Shown: one piece after another, positions 36,882 through 48,637 of the stretch
How the letters are laid out: every line of letters begins with the position of its first letter
Position numbering within the stretch: position 1 is the first letter of the stretch
Assembly (NCBI GenBank): GCA_051530055.1
Contig: CM121343.1
Coordinates: 6,232,389-6,296,388, forward strand
Length of the DNA: 64,000 bases
Direction: 5' to 3'
DNA from: Neoechinorhynchus agilis
Taxonomy: Eukaryota; Animalia; Acanthocephala
Made by a program: the position numbers and the translations under genes
Notes under the pieces: model-generated
What the model was told of the DNA's origin: nothing
The model's input: the letters and a program-made list of their open reading frames with translations, nothing else
Databases searched by the model: none

Positions 36882-39750
36882 ATGCAAGTAAAACTAAATT
36901 ATGTTCATCAAATCACTACTTTGGGACAAGCAATTTCATTTGCACGGCAAACACACGATCATCATCCGATGTCACGACCCGTTGACGCTGCAATGATACA
37001 ATTTGACGCAACCAGCCACGACCGCCCAACTGCGTATTCGGTCCAATCAAATACCGAGGAAACGCACAACGCTTCCGGGACACCAGGCATCTCCATAGGT
37101 ATATGCCCCGTTTGTTTAGACTCTTTTTCAATCACGAAATTGGTTGGTTTTGCGCATTCATGTGCCCGTCAAATCACGTTGTGGGGAATATGGTCAAATC
37201 TCGCGATCGCTTCAAACGGCAACACTAGAAAATCCGTGTTCCTCCCATGAACATTCTGAAACGGATCCCAAAGGGCGCACGATATCTAGTCGCTAAAGGA
37301 TTCACCACACTTCTGCTGGACTGCTTCGAGCAAAATTCAGAGTCCTCTTGGACACTGCCCTTTGCTTTCCCCAGACTTGTACTTTCCGCTGGCGACAGTT
37401 CGGAGGAGTCCCTCACTGCGGTAATCAAAAGACGCCTCGTATCCTTTGAGGAAAGTTTCTTGAGCATTCGTCGTTTAGCAAGGGAGGATCCCAAACAACG
37501 TGCGAATGAGACTAACTGTCATCGAACATCTACGAGACCGCTTGCTGAGCGCGTATCTTCAAAACCCGCCGATGGAGATGTTCTGGGAGCAGTCCGTATT
37601 TTGTCCTCCTCTGATGCATTTGCATGTGATTCGCTCTCCACACTTCAGGGTTTAAAGGTGAAACATCCGCAAAGTTCAACCCAAAGAGAAATTCCATACA
37701 TGTTCCGTCCCTCAAAGGCACTCCACTTCGACAGTTGAACTGAGAATGGCCATATCCTCCTTCGCCAATGGCTCTGGCCATAGTCTCGATGGGCTTCGTT
37801 CTTAGCACCTAAAGGATATTATGTCGCTCTCAGTTGGAGATGCAGGCCACTTCCTTGCTACCCATCTTTGTCGACTAGTCAACCTTTTCATCGAAGAAAA
37901 TTTACATCCGCGGGCAATTAAGTTATTTTTTGGTGCATCTTTGTGCACTTTGAACAAAAAGACTGGTGGGATTCGTCCCATCGCCGTTGGCTCTGCTCTA
38001 CGTCGGCTCGCAGGTAAAATCCTTTGCAAGCGTATTGCAGAAGGGATTGGGCAGCAACTTCGCCCAGTCCAACTGGGATGCTGCACACCATACGGGTACG
38101 AGGCCATTGTCCACGCACTCCGCCAGTTCATCACAAATAGTTCAACGCCGTGTGTGATTTTGAAGTGCGACTTTACAAATGCCTTCAATTCCACTCACCG
38201 TACCGCTCTGTTTGAGGCACTCAAAAGTCACACACCAGAAACTTTTCCTTATTTTCGCAACGCATACGGGACCCAGACTCCTTTGCTCTTCAATGACCAC
38301 CTAATTTGGTCTGAAAGAGGAGTACAGCAGGGAGACCATCTCGGTCCAATCGCTTTCTCCCTTGCAGTGAATCCAATAGAGCACTCTCTTGGGTCCAGCT
38401 TTAACGCTTGGTACCTGGATGAGGCTAAGCTCGGAAGTGATCCCTCCGTAGTACTGCGCGATCTGGAGACACTCGTAAGGGAGACTGCGGGATCGGGTGT
38501 TGAGCTTAATGCAGGGAAATGCGAACTGTTGGTAATGAACATCGAAGTCGAGTTAGCGCAGAGCAAAATCATCAAAGGTTTCAGAAATCTGGCACCCGGT
38601 ATAGAATTGATCACTCTAGACTGGCTGAGTCTTCTAGGGAGCTGCGTTTTCGATTCAAATGTGGAAAATAAAATCGATTATCTACTCCCGAACATCACGA
38701 TGCTGTGCGATAGAGTCCGGGAACTTTCGTCACACGAGGCTCTATTCCTGATCAAGAATACCCTCTTCATCCCGAAACTCCTTTGTAAACTCCGTACGGC
38801 TTCCTTCTTCAAGCACGTCGATAAGTTAAAGAAGCTCGATGACATTGTGAAGGCGTGTCTCGAGCACATTTTAAATATCCAGCTATGAGGCGAAGCCTGG
38901 CGACAACCGTCATTGCCTGTATTATCCGGTGGCTTGGGTACTCGAAAAACATTAGATGTGTCGTTGCCCGCATTTTTAGGATCTGGGACCCAAGTTTTGT
39001 TTAGCGGACGAATTTCTAGCGGCGGTCCAAGCATAGTGGGAGAAGACGGGTTACAACCAAGTTCCCGTGAATGAAGCAGTCTATCTGGGATAAACCTTTA
39101 GTCGCCCGAGCTCATAGTTCTCTAATTTCAGGCTCTCGCGACGAGGTCGACCGGGCTAGATTACTGGGAGTCTCTACAAGAGAATCGGGAGCATGGTTAG
39201 AAGCCCTACCCATTGCATCCATGGGACCACTCCTCGTAGACGAACGGAGTGTCCCTCAGATTATGTCTACCGATTTGTGTCGAACATCGTTGCCGATGTG
39301 GAATGATCGTGGATCCACTGGGGAGACATGTTCATGTTTGCATCAAATCAGGGTGTCGTCCAAACATTCTAGAGCCAAGCAACCTGTGCAGGCTGGATGG
39401 TAGTCGTCCGGATGGCGTCACCGTATTCCCGTGGCGAGAAGGCAAATGTCTTCTCTGGGATGCCAAGTGTGTAGACACGTTGCGGAGGACCGTAAGGTGG
39501 CGAAACATAAAGAATTAACTAGGTCTCACGTTTTGTACCCTTTGGAGTGGAGACTCTTGGTGCGCTCGGTAACTCGGCGCTTAGATTTACGAAGGAGTTA
39601 TCGAGTAGACTCCAGGCCAAGACAGGAAATACAAGAGCCGGTGCCTTCCTACGCCAAAACATTGGTCTCGCGATCCAAAGAGGAAACGTAGCTAGTGTGG
39701 TCGTGACCACTGCGGGGAGAGCGATGCCTCTTCTTCGCGGTCGGTGGTGA
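36882..39750 (+). mobile_element. Near full-length decayed CRE-clade (RLE) non-LTR retrotransposon (lineage A)
   Basis: CPVC zinc finger, LKRIPKGAR, GIRPIAVGSALRRL, DFTNAFN, GVQQGDHLGP, AWYLDE (canonical YLDD altered), LPVLSGGLG, CRCG...H...C knuckle, RPDGVT...WDAKC RLE and QRGN C-terminus. Several frameshifts and stops. Confidence 0.9.
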
Positions 39751-39925
39751 TTGTTTAAACGTTTTGCTGTTGTGTGCTTGTTTCGTTTGTTTAGGGTGAA
39801 AAAATATCTTTAAATTTTTTTTCATAATTTGCTATAAAAATAGTAAATGATGAACATCTTTACAATTACGCAAATATTCCGTTCGTCTTGGACGCGACTT
39901 AGAAATACTTAAAGGCACGTGTAAT

Positions 39926-40205
39926 AAAAAAACGCGTTTTATTGATCAAAGTCGTGGGGAACCATGTAAATCCGTGTCTTCAAGAACAATTGAATAAAAT
40001 TTTAGGCAAAATTTATGTGGATGTTTTGTATGAGTAGATAACGGATCAGGTCGGTTAAGAAGGTTGTTTTTTTATAAATGCAGGAGAGTTTGTTGAGTAA
40101 TCACAAAAAACACGTTTTATTGATGAAAGTCGTGGGGAACCATGTAAATCCGTGTCTTCATGAACAATTGAATAAAATTTTAGGTAAAATTGACGTGGAC
40201 GTTTA
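39926..40205. repeat. Direct repeat of about 100 bp, 179 bp apart
   Basis: AAAAAAC(G/A)CGTTTTATTGAT(C/G)AAAGTCGTGGGGAACCATGTAAATCCGTGTCTTCA at 39926 and 40105. Confidence 0.9.
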
Positions 40206-40794
40206 TTTTGCATTTGGAAGGGGGGAATCATGGAGGTGAATGTGCCGTAAATCCGGGTTTATGCTAACTCAGATTGGACCAATTAGCTGGAAATGGTTAA
40301 AGCCTGGGTTATTGAAGATTTCTATGGCTGGAACTAGCGTCGATGGCAATAAATGAAACTCACTGATGAGTCCCGTCTCCTCTGGAGATATCTGAGGATC
40401 CGGAGAGATGTACGAACATTAAACTGTTGTTCATCAGAGTTTAAGTGGTCATATCACTTCTCTGATGTAAAACAAAATCTCTCCGACCGCCGAAAGTGCT
40501 AATTCACATTGCGGTAATGATAATCAACAACCGTATGGATGGGAATACTCCAAGCTGGAAGCTGAAGATTCCATACCAACTAAGACCTGCTCAGGGGGGG
40601 GTGACAGATCACCCGCGAGCCTAACAACCCCGGACACCGGAGTTCTGCCCAACAAGCTACACTCACCATATACTATTCTAGATCCCTGAAGCGGTCTGCA
40701 TGCAGACGAAAATTCGTACAAATCAATCACCGGGGAGGTTAATAAGGTTGCAACTATGAATAAATTAGAAATAAAGTAATACGGATATTTTTTT

Positions 40795-40984
40795 AAGCAA
40801 GCATACATAATTTATAGTTTCTTCAACGCTCCCATTCATCGGTGCTGGCCAAAATGCTGGCCGCATTGCCCCGCTGCACCGCAATGCTTATTTTTTGCGC
40901 CAAGAACGACGTCGATCTTGGCTCTCCAGTCGCCGCGTTGATTCGTTTCCCCAAGTCCTTCAAGAGGGCTAGTGCCGACCCTCT
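40795..40984 (-). mobile_element. 3' end fragment of CRE lineage B
   Basis: Near-identical to 32309-32454 plus the reverse complement of about 32710-32760. Same 3' terminus ...TATGTATGCTTGCTT. Confidence 0.88.
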
Positions 40985-41155
40985 ATTCTATTTGAGAACG
41001 AGTAAACAACAGACTGATTTTCATATACACCGCGTCCAACCTAATTAGTTTTTTTATCGGAATTATTTTCATTTAAAACCGCGCGCATAAAATGGCCTGA
41101 AAGAATCCATTGTAGTACCTGCATGACTCGCTGACTTCGTATTGGACACGTTGGC

Positions 41156-44100
41156 ATGTCGGGGATATCAAACGATCCAGTCTCTGAAGTATCAATGAAG
41201 AGAAGAGAGTTCTGTGATATTCTGGAGTGCGTCTTTCACGTAACATTTGGTGACTTTCCATTTGGTAACAAAAGAGCTGGATATGCGGTCGTGTTGGACG
41301 ATCTCAGTGGTATCATTAATGATGATGTCATCACGGATTTATCGACGGTTGACATGTTTGTGATTGTTCGTCTTCGGATGCATAAAAATGAACTAAGGAA
41401 AGCCATGAGAATAATTCCTACCAATTCCTACGCTCAGGGTTCGAATTTTCCTCCGCTGTTTTCGGGAATTGATTACATATTCGATTGTTACCGAAATCTC
41501 ATGGAATATGCGAAACGTAAACCAAATCTAAACGAATCACTAATCAGCGGTCTAAGTAATACCCTGGTGAATTACGGAAAATCCCAAATCGAGGACGAAG
41601 ATGGTATTTTATCCGTTAATACTCTTAATGGACCAGTCCTTGGTCCAATGAGTGGATTTCGTGAACTATTTTGCAGATACCCGGAAAACGAATATGTCAC
41701 CGAATATTTCACCCGACTGTTTGCATCTCTTGATGCTTCTGGAATGAAGCGCGTTGTCGTGGACGTTTTAACGAAAAGTATTGCTAATGCCAAAGACGAT
41801 CACATGCCCAATACTTCAACAAGTTCTGAACTATCCTGGATATCTCGCCTATTGGAATCGTACACTGAGTTCACAAAGGCGTTTGTAAGCCGAGAACTCG
41901 AGTTACTGTTGAGTTGGAATGATATCGCCTTGAACACACGACAATCCTGGATACTTGAAATGATGAGCAAGTCTTTTTTGCCGTCAATTGTGCATAGAAA
42001 TCTTGTTCTAACTCTTGAAATTGCGGACATGACCGAAACGGGTTTGGTCAATGAGTCCGTAATTACTCGCAATACATGGTCGATCATCGCTCACCATGTA
42101 AAATCAATATTCTCGATCATCAGAAAGCTCCTTGTGGATCCATCTAACCGACCTATATTTATCAAATGGCTTGTGGGTGTTTCTAACCTTTTAATAGGTA
42201 GATTTCTTAACTTAGTCATTTACCGATTCCATTTTTGTTTAGAACGAACTAAAATACACGTTTTCCAGACTACTGTGCATCATGTTCATCTGATCGGCGA
42301 TGGATTTCTTCTTAACATAACGCTTCTTACTCTGCTTTTCGTTGAACCTATAATCGATAAAGACAATAGTGCTCTTATTGATAAGCATTATCCATCATGT
42401 CGGTATGCTTCTATGAGAGGTATTGGGCATGTTTATTTTTCTATTCCTGAGAAAACCCGTTTTAGGAATTTTTCAAGATATTCCGGTATTATTCCCAGCT
42501 CATGTATGCAACGATGGAACCAATGAATGCAACTGTGCTGACGGTACCAAATTCAATTTTAGCACTGAAATTTTTTTCCTATCGCATTATCTTTTGAACA
42601 TTTTCTACAATAGAATAACCGGTCTTATTCGAATTTTTAAACGGCATCAGGAAGCCGCGGGGAACTACCTTGAGACACTATACGAAGACGACGACATAGA
42701 AGATATAACGAATAATCGTGCAGCACAGGCTTTGAAGGATTCAATAGCCCAGCATAATTTTGCCATAGCTAACCTTCTTATTTGCATGTTCTTTACAGAA
42801 CTCTGCGATGCCGCTTTTAAGCTGTTAGCATTTACCGCTCGGGTATATTCTTGTCCAACTTCATCCAACGAAAATGTATACTGTATTCCGGAATTCGTGC
42901 TAGACAATTTCAATCAAAGGATAAAGTGTGATATGGTCCTTCCAGCATCACCGAGCGGCGAAATGCAGACTCAGTTCCCGTCTGCACTACTTGCGGGAGT
43001 ATTGAACTTTATAGTGGATCTCATGTCTAAGAACCACGATATACGCAATCCGCATCTTCGCGCATCGTTTGCAGACAGTCTTAATGGTCTATGCAGATCG
43101 ACCTCTGTTCAAGCTACTCTCAGTAGAATCGATACTGATGCAATGTTAGCTGCCATTTTGAATACTTTTGTGTTGATTGAAGTTAACGATCAATCTGTGG
43201 AATTCGAAGAAAAATACCATTATCGACTAAGTCTTCATGAAGTAATTCAACGCTTGTCGAAAGAAGCGGAGCACAACTGGCCATTTATCGAGACAATGCG
43301 ACGCGTGTCTTTACATGCACTGACATATTTTGATGTGGATGATGGAAAACGTAACGATGATGTCCCAATGTTTCTGAGATTTATCAATCTTCTTTTGAAT
43401 GATGCGACATTTCTTTTAGATGAGTCACTTGAACTCATTAATCAATTAAAAGTCCTTGAAGAACAACTTGAGTCTCACGATACCGAAACCCATGAGAATC
43501 ATGTGCTGTTAACTAGGCAATGCAAATACCGGACTACTTTGAGTGCTAGCAGCCTAGAGACTTTAAGAGCCGTTAGTCGAACGTGCCACACATTCTTGGG
43601 GCATCCACAAGTAGCTCCGCGTATCGCCACAATGATCAACTATTTCTTATATAAATTATGTGGGCCAAACCGAGTAAACCTACGTGTTAATGATATGGCA
43701 TCGATTTCTTTTGAGCCCAAGAGAGTTGTGAAGCGGGCTACACTCGTCCACATTAACCTTATGAATGAGCCTGCGTATGTTCAAGCTGTCTATAGAGATC
43801 TATCGACCACCTACAGTAATCAAATTGATTTGTTCAAAAGCGTTTTCGCCGTCTTACAAAAACCATCGATGGCTCACATGGGTATAGGTGATCAGTTTAA
43901 TGAATTTACGAGGAAAGTAAGTGAGTGCGCGAAAGATCAAACGTTTGAAGATTTTCCTGATGCCCCAGATGAATTCCTCGATCCTATAACTTCGGAAATG
44001 ATGCTGGATCCTGTTTGTCTCCCAACAAGCCATGTATCAATAGACCGATCTACCATCGTTCGCCACCTTTTGAGTGACCAAACCGATCCGTTCAATCGAC

Positions 44101-44213
44101 AACCGCTTCAAATGAAGGATGTCACACCAGATACGCAACTAAAGTTCAAAATTCAACAATGGCTCAAGGAAAGAAAGCATTCCAAGCGTTTTAAACCCAA
44201 TGAACAATCATAA
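41156..44213 (+). CDS. UBE4A: U-box ubiquitin ligase/E4 factor, Ufd2 family (UBE4A-like)
   Basis: IRNPHLRA, VEFEEKYHYR, FLRFINLLLNDATFLLDESL and a C-terminal U-box DAPDEFLDPITSEMMLDPVCLP...DRSTIVRHLLSDQTDPFNRQPL. The true start may lie upstream. Confidence 0.9.
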
Positions 44214-44681
44214 ATAGACAGAAACGGAGACATTTGCGTGTTTGTACACATAAAGAACATCCAAGCATATGATCTCAACAGTCTGAAATTGCCCTCACAT
44301 TCGTTTTCAGAAATGCAACAGCGTATACTCTCTCCTGCTCCAGTAAGTAACAATAATGCTTTATTTGTTTGTCCTTTGAAAATGTCTGCACTACCATTAT
44401 GCATAATTGAAACTCGTACACGATGTTCTAAAATATCCCAGCTGAGTACTACGTTGTTGCTTTAGTAATATTTTGTAGGCGCATTTAAGTTTAAAAGTTA
44501 CCAAATTAATTATAGAATATTCAAGAATCATCTCCACTGTTTGAAATGCTCGAATTTCCGGTAGTGACCATCTAATCCTCTACAAGTTCCTTCCGAGATC
44601 TTTTATTCTGCAAATCGTTATTATTCGCTTAACCCGAATATTCAAACGGTGCAATCCTCTTTTAAACATAAAAAGGGATCC

Positions 44682-44824
44682 CTCTTGTGGCGATTCACAC
44701 CCCGAGAGTCAGTTTTATTTTGTAATATTTCGGGGGCCATACCCACCTTTTCAAACATTGTCATTGTTTGCAAGTTTTTTTCGGAAAATAAAACTGACTC
44801 TCGGGGTGTGAATCGCCACAAGAG
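44682..44824. mobile_element. Fold-back element, family B-related, degenerate hammerhead on the minus strand
   Basis: Arms CTCTTGTGGCGATTCACACCCCGAGAGTCAGTTTTATTTT and its complement. Minus strand reads TTGAAAA-G-GTGGG(TATGG)CCCCC-GAAA-TATT. Spacer shared with 33915. Confidence 0.75.
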
Positions 44825-45120
44825 AATTACTATTCACCCGAATGTTATCATGAAAGATATAAAAAAGAATTTTAGTTTAAACACAATATTATTGTCTCAA
44901 TGGTTTCGGTATACTTAACCGCTTTATTTTAAATTTTTACGTTTTGATTTCAAGGCGGTTTAGAAATTAATTACATTCAATCTATACTTTTCTTCTAAAG
45001 AACCTTCATAAAATTGTTTTGATTCCACTCATCAATTTTCTTTTTGAACTTTATGGTTCCTTTAAGCGATTATCCGTTTTTAGATTAATAAAAGCTAAAA
45101 GTCCTTCGAGATCATAGAGT

Positions 45121-45297
45121 TGGAGATGTAGTGATCACTATTTCGGATAATTTTTTATTGAGATAATTCGTGAGGAAGCCTCGAATATAAAATAACAAAA
45201 ACATTTTGGATGACTGATAAGGTGAGTCTTCCTCTTTCAAAATATCTTAACTCAATGAAATATTTTCTATCCGGCGATTATGATTACCACATCTCCA
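45121..45297. mobile_element. Fold-back element, family B, degenerate hammerhead on the plus strand
   Basis: Ends TGGAGATGT / ACATCTCCA. GATGACTGATAAGGTGAGTCTTCCTCTTTCAAAATATC (45209-45246) aligns with 25028-25065. Confidence 0.82.
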
Positions 45298-45637
45298 ACC
45301 TTAAAATTATGTGTCTGCACGCGATTTAAAACAATAACATTTTTGCATATTGTTATTGTAAGCTCGCCTTTTGATGAAATTAAAATGCAGTCCGCAAATG
45401 GGAATATTGCATGTTGCCGTCTCTTTTTTTGTCAATGTTCCAGTATTGATTTCCTCAATCAAAAACCACTAAGGCATATTTGGTGACGATCTTCTTTCTA
45501 TTCAAAATGCTATATCAATGGATGCAGAGTAAAAGATCGTCTGCTTCTGCGTTTCCTTATCAAATCGGCTACGAGGTTAGTAAAAGCTATTGGCAGCTAT
45601 TCAAATGAAATAGTTTTTCGTTTAGAAAACGAGCATA

Positions 45638-48216
45638 TTGATTGTAATACTATCTTCTTTAATTTTCTCATGTATTCTATCGATTCATGTGATTGAATCG
45701 CGATTGATACAGTCTATAACAACTCGCGTTTACAACTACACTTATTATAGTGATCGAATACGAAACATTACTCCGTATTTTGTTAAAAGACGAACTTTTT
45801 TATGTCCTTTCATCCTCGTTCAAAGCGGTACTCAATGCTGCTTAATTGCCGCTCTCATACTCAATGGTTTGGTTATTTCTTTTTTATATACTCAAATAAT
45901 ATAGCATTCATTAGTGATTCTTCTAACATTAACAACGGTGGTTACATTGGAGCCGACATTTCCTGGAAAGGATGGTGGATCTAAACAACGAATACCGTTT
46001 GTTGTACTTGAGAAAACTAAATTAAGCCGGGTTTGATTTCTATATGCATAAGGATCTTTCTTGAAAAACCTTAAGCAATATGACTTTCTATACAATCCAA
46101 GCTTGTATCTTTGTATCTATGGATTACTTGTAACTCATTTAACAATTGAAGTCGCGCATCAGTCAACAATAAGGTATGTTTTTTTTGCATTTTGAAATTC
46201 AGGAAAGCATTTGATTAGTTTGTGCGCTCCTCTAAATTTGCATCTCATTGAAAGATTTAAAAAGATTCAGTTGTTTCTCCGGAAAGTTCAAATAAAATTC
46301 CTGTTTCATCTTAGAAGTGTTATTTAGACCTTCACCCGGTAAAGATTTTTTTTCGATTAAAAGCGTTTCGAACCTCGTCGGGTTCATCATCAATTTGTTA
46401 GTTAACGTCTTAATTTAAAAAAATTACCGGGTGAAGACCTAAATAACGCTCTAATCATATACCCCAGTACCTCACATATCGACATTTTGCAACAATTAAT
46501 TTAGATGCGATATCCTAAGAACAATTTCTCATTTTCTTCAACTCATTCTCATTTCATCAATGAGTTATTTATTTACTCGCAATGGATACTCACGATTGAA
46601 AAACTGCTTATTACCGGACGAAACATGTTACCATCCTTCAAGCTCTTATAAAGTGGCAAGTACATCAATATTGTAGAAAAATAATATTTGTAATTTTTAG
46701 ATTCCTCACGTAATAATATTAGCGTGCATTTTAGCTGATAAATTATTAGGCTCGATTTTTCTCTTTATTTTCCAAAAAAGGATCACTGTAAGCAACGTAA
46801 AATCTATTAATGGGCATACATTAGAAGTGGAATTGTCAAATTTAAATATTAACTGTAAAAAATTTAAATTTGAAGCTGGATGGTGTTTATGGACAAAATG
46901 TTGTGATATCTCTTTCTTTCAAATACGTCCGTTCTATCCATTCGCTGTAAGATTAATTATTTTTTCATTATGGTATTGTTCCAAATGTAGGATTCGTCAA
47001 ATGGGAATCGAGTAAGTATCAGATTGGTGCTGGAAAATCACGATAGTTGGAATCGTAAGCTGTATTCGATGCTATTGGATGAAAGGATTACAAGGTTCTT
47101 GAAATATGCAATAAAGTTCTCGATATAGTATCCATACGCTAAGGTTAACAATCAGTATCCCGATTCAAGAGTCAATAATTACGAAACTGGATAAAACATG
47201 CAAATATCGATGTATCATTGTCGCATTAGGATCATCAATACAGAAATATGCGCTTTTGCTAGAATTGATAAAAAGGTTTTTATATGGCTCTCTTGTTTAA
47301 ATTTTGTAATATTTGGGCGATTTGTGAAATGTATCGTATTTGGCTCTATTCCTAAATAATAAGATCGGCGCAACTACACTCATATGTGACATTTAAAACA
47401 ATAATTGTGAAGCGATTGAAACATTACTAATGAATTGTGTGTATGCACCGATATTTGATACATTTCTTTTGTTGAATGAAATTCATATTACGAAAATATC
47501 GCTTATGATGAAACCTATTGATAGTAATCCCTTGATGTTTCCAAATGGCACCCGTGTGACTATGTATTGGATATGCACTCTTGATGAGTATGAGACGTAT
47601 AAATGGCCTGGCCGATTATTCCACCAGTCATCTCAATTTGGACGCGACGTTAATCTAAGGATTTTGATGACAAAAGGATGGGATTGTCATTCGGTAAATA
47701 TTTGTTCCTCTTGAATATGAATTTTTAAACGAGAAATTGACTTTCCAACAAAAGTTCTAGAAGGCAAAATAAATCACTCAAGAGAGTTTTATTAAATTGT
47801 TCTTTTGAAAAGAACATTAGACACTTGTTCCTTATTGTTTTTATAAGTGATTAGATTGTCAGTAAAGATTAATTAGCGAGTAGAGAACACATTTGAAATT
47901 TAATACATAAAATGTTTTTCTTACTCGATTGCATTAATCGCTTCCTGGATGATGATGATAGGCTCGTGTAATAACAACAATACGGCCGTTTAATTCATTG
48001 GAGTTTGTGTCCTATGGCAAACCGTGCTGGGTCAAAGAGTTTAATGGTGATTTTTTAAAGGAACATTTATACTCAAGACCTGGATCATCATACTCTGCGG
48101 TTCATGTATTTGTGTCGGACCACGGATCTCGGCGTAACTTAGGCCTTTACTACGATCAGATGTGCAACAAAGATGGGAAAATATGTGGATATAAAGTAGA
48201 GATTGGTTGGATGTGA
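45638..48216 (+). other. Possible lineage-specific small genes; no model established
   Basis: Several short ORFs with hydrophobic or Cys/Trp-containing segments and plausible GT/AG boundaries, but no recognisable domain. Confidence 0.25.
46311..46483. mobile_element. Fold-back element, family A, hammerhead core on the minus strand
   Basis: Arms TTCACCCGGTAA / TTACCGGGTGAA. Minus strand reads TTGATGA-T-GAACC(CGACGA)GGTTC-GAAAC-GC. The tail CTCACATATCGACA is shared with the 15 kb array. Confidence 0.82.
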
Positions 48217-48637
48217 AAGGTCACACAGAGATTTAAAAGTGAGCATTTTTGGTTTTAATGTAGCATCGTACTCAGTTTCCTAGTCTCATATACGTTGTAT
48301 CTAATGCACACGATAGCTTCTTCTTCTAAATCTCTCCACACGCTTCTTTATCTCATGCACGCCGTTAGCATCTTAGTTCGGTTGAGGGAGCATCGCCGCC
48401 TCTTGGGAACGAATTTGGGCCGTGGAAGAGCGCATCGCGAACAGATATGCGTTTATACAAAGGCACTTTTCTCGTGTATTCGCAGCTACTGCACGACGAA
48501 AACTTTTGCTAGTAAGATCAACCACATAGGGAGCGAGAAGAGCAACAATACCCGTTCAAAGAAACGGCGAAGGTTTCAGAATCTTAATCGAACTGACACA
48601 GTTGAATCGCTAGTCTTCTCCTCTAAATCGCACACGT

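Noticed and set aside
40355-40420. GAAACTCACTGATGAG (also at 60889-60904) as a hammerhead
   Set aside because: GAAA precedes CUGAUGA with no room for stems I and III, no GAAA follows stem II, and the substitutions look codon-like.
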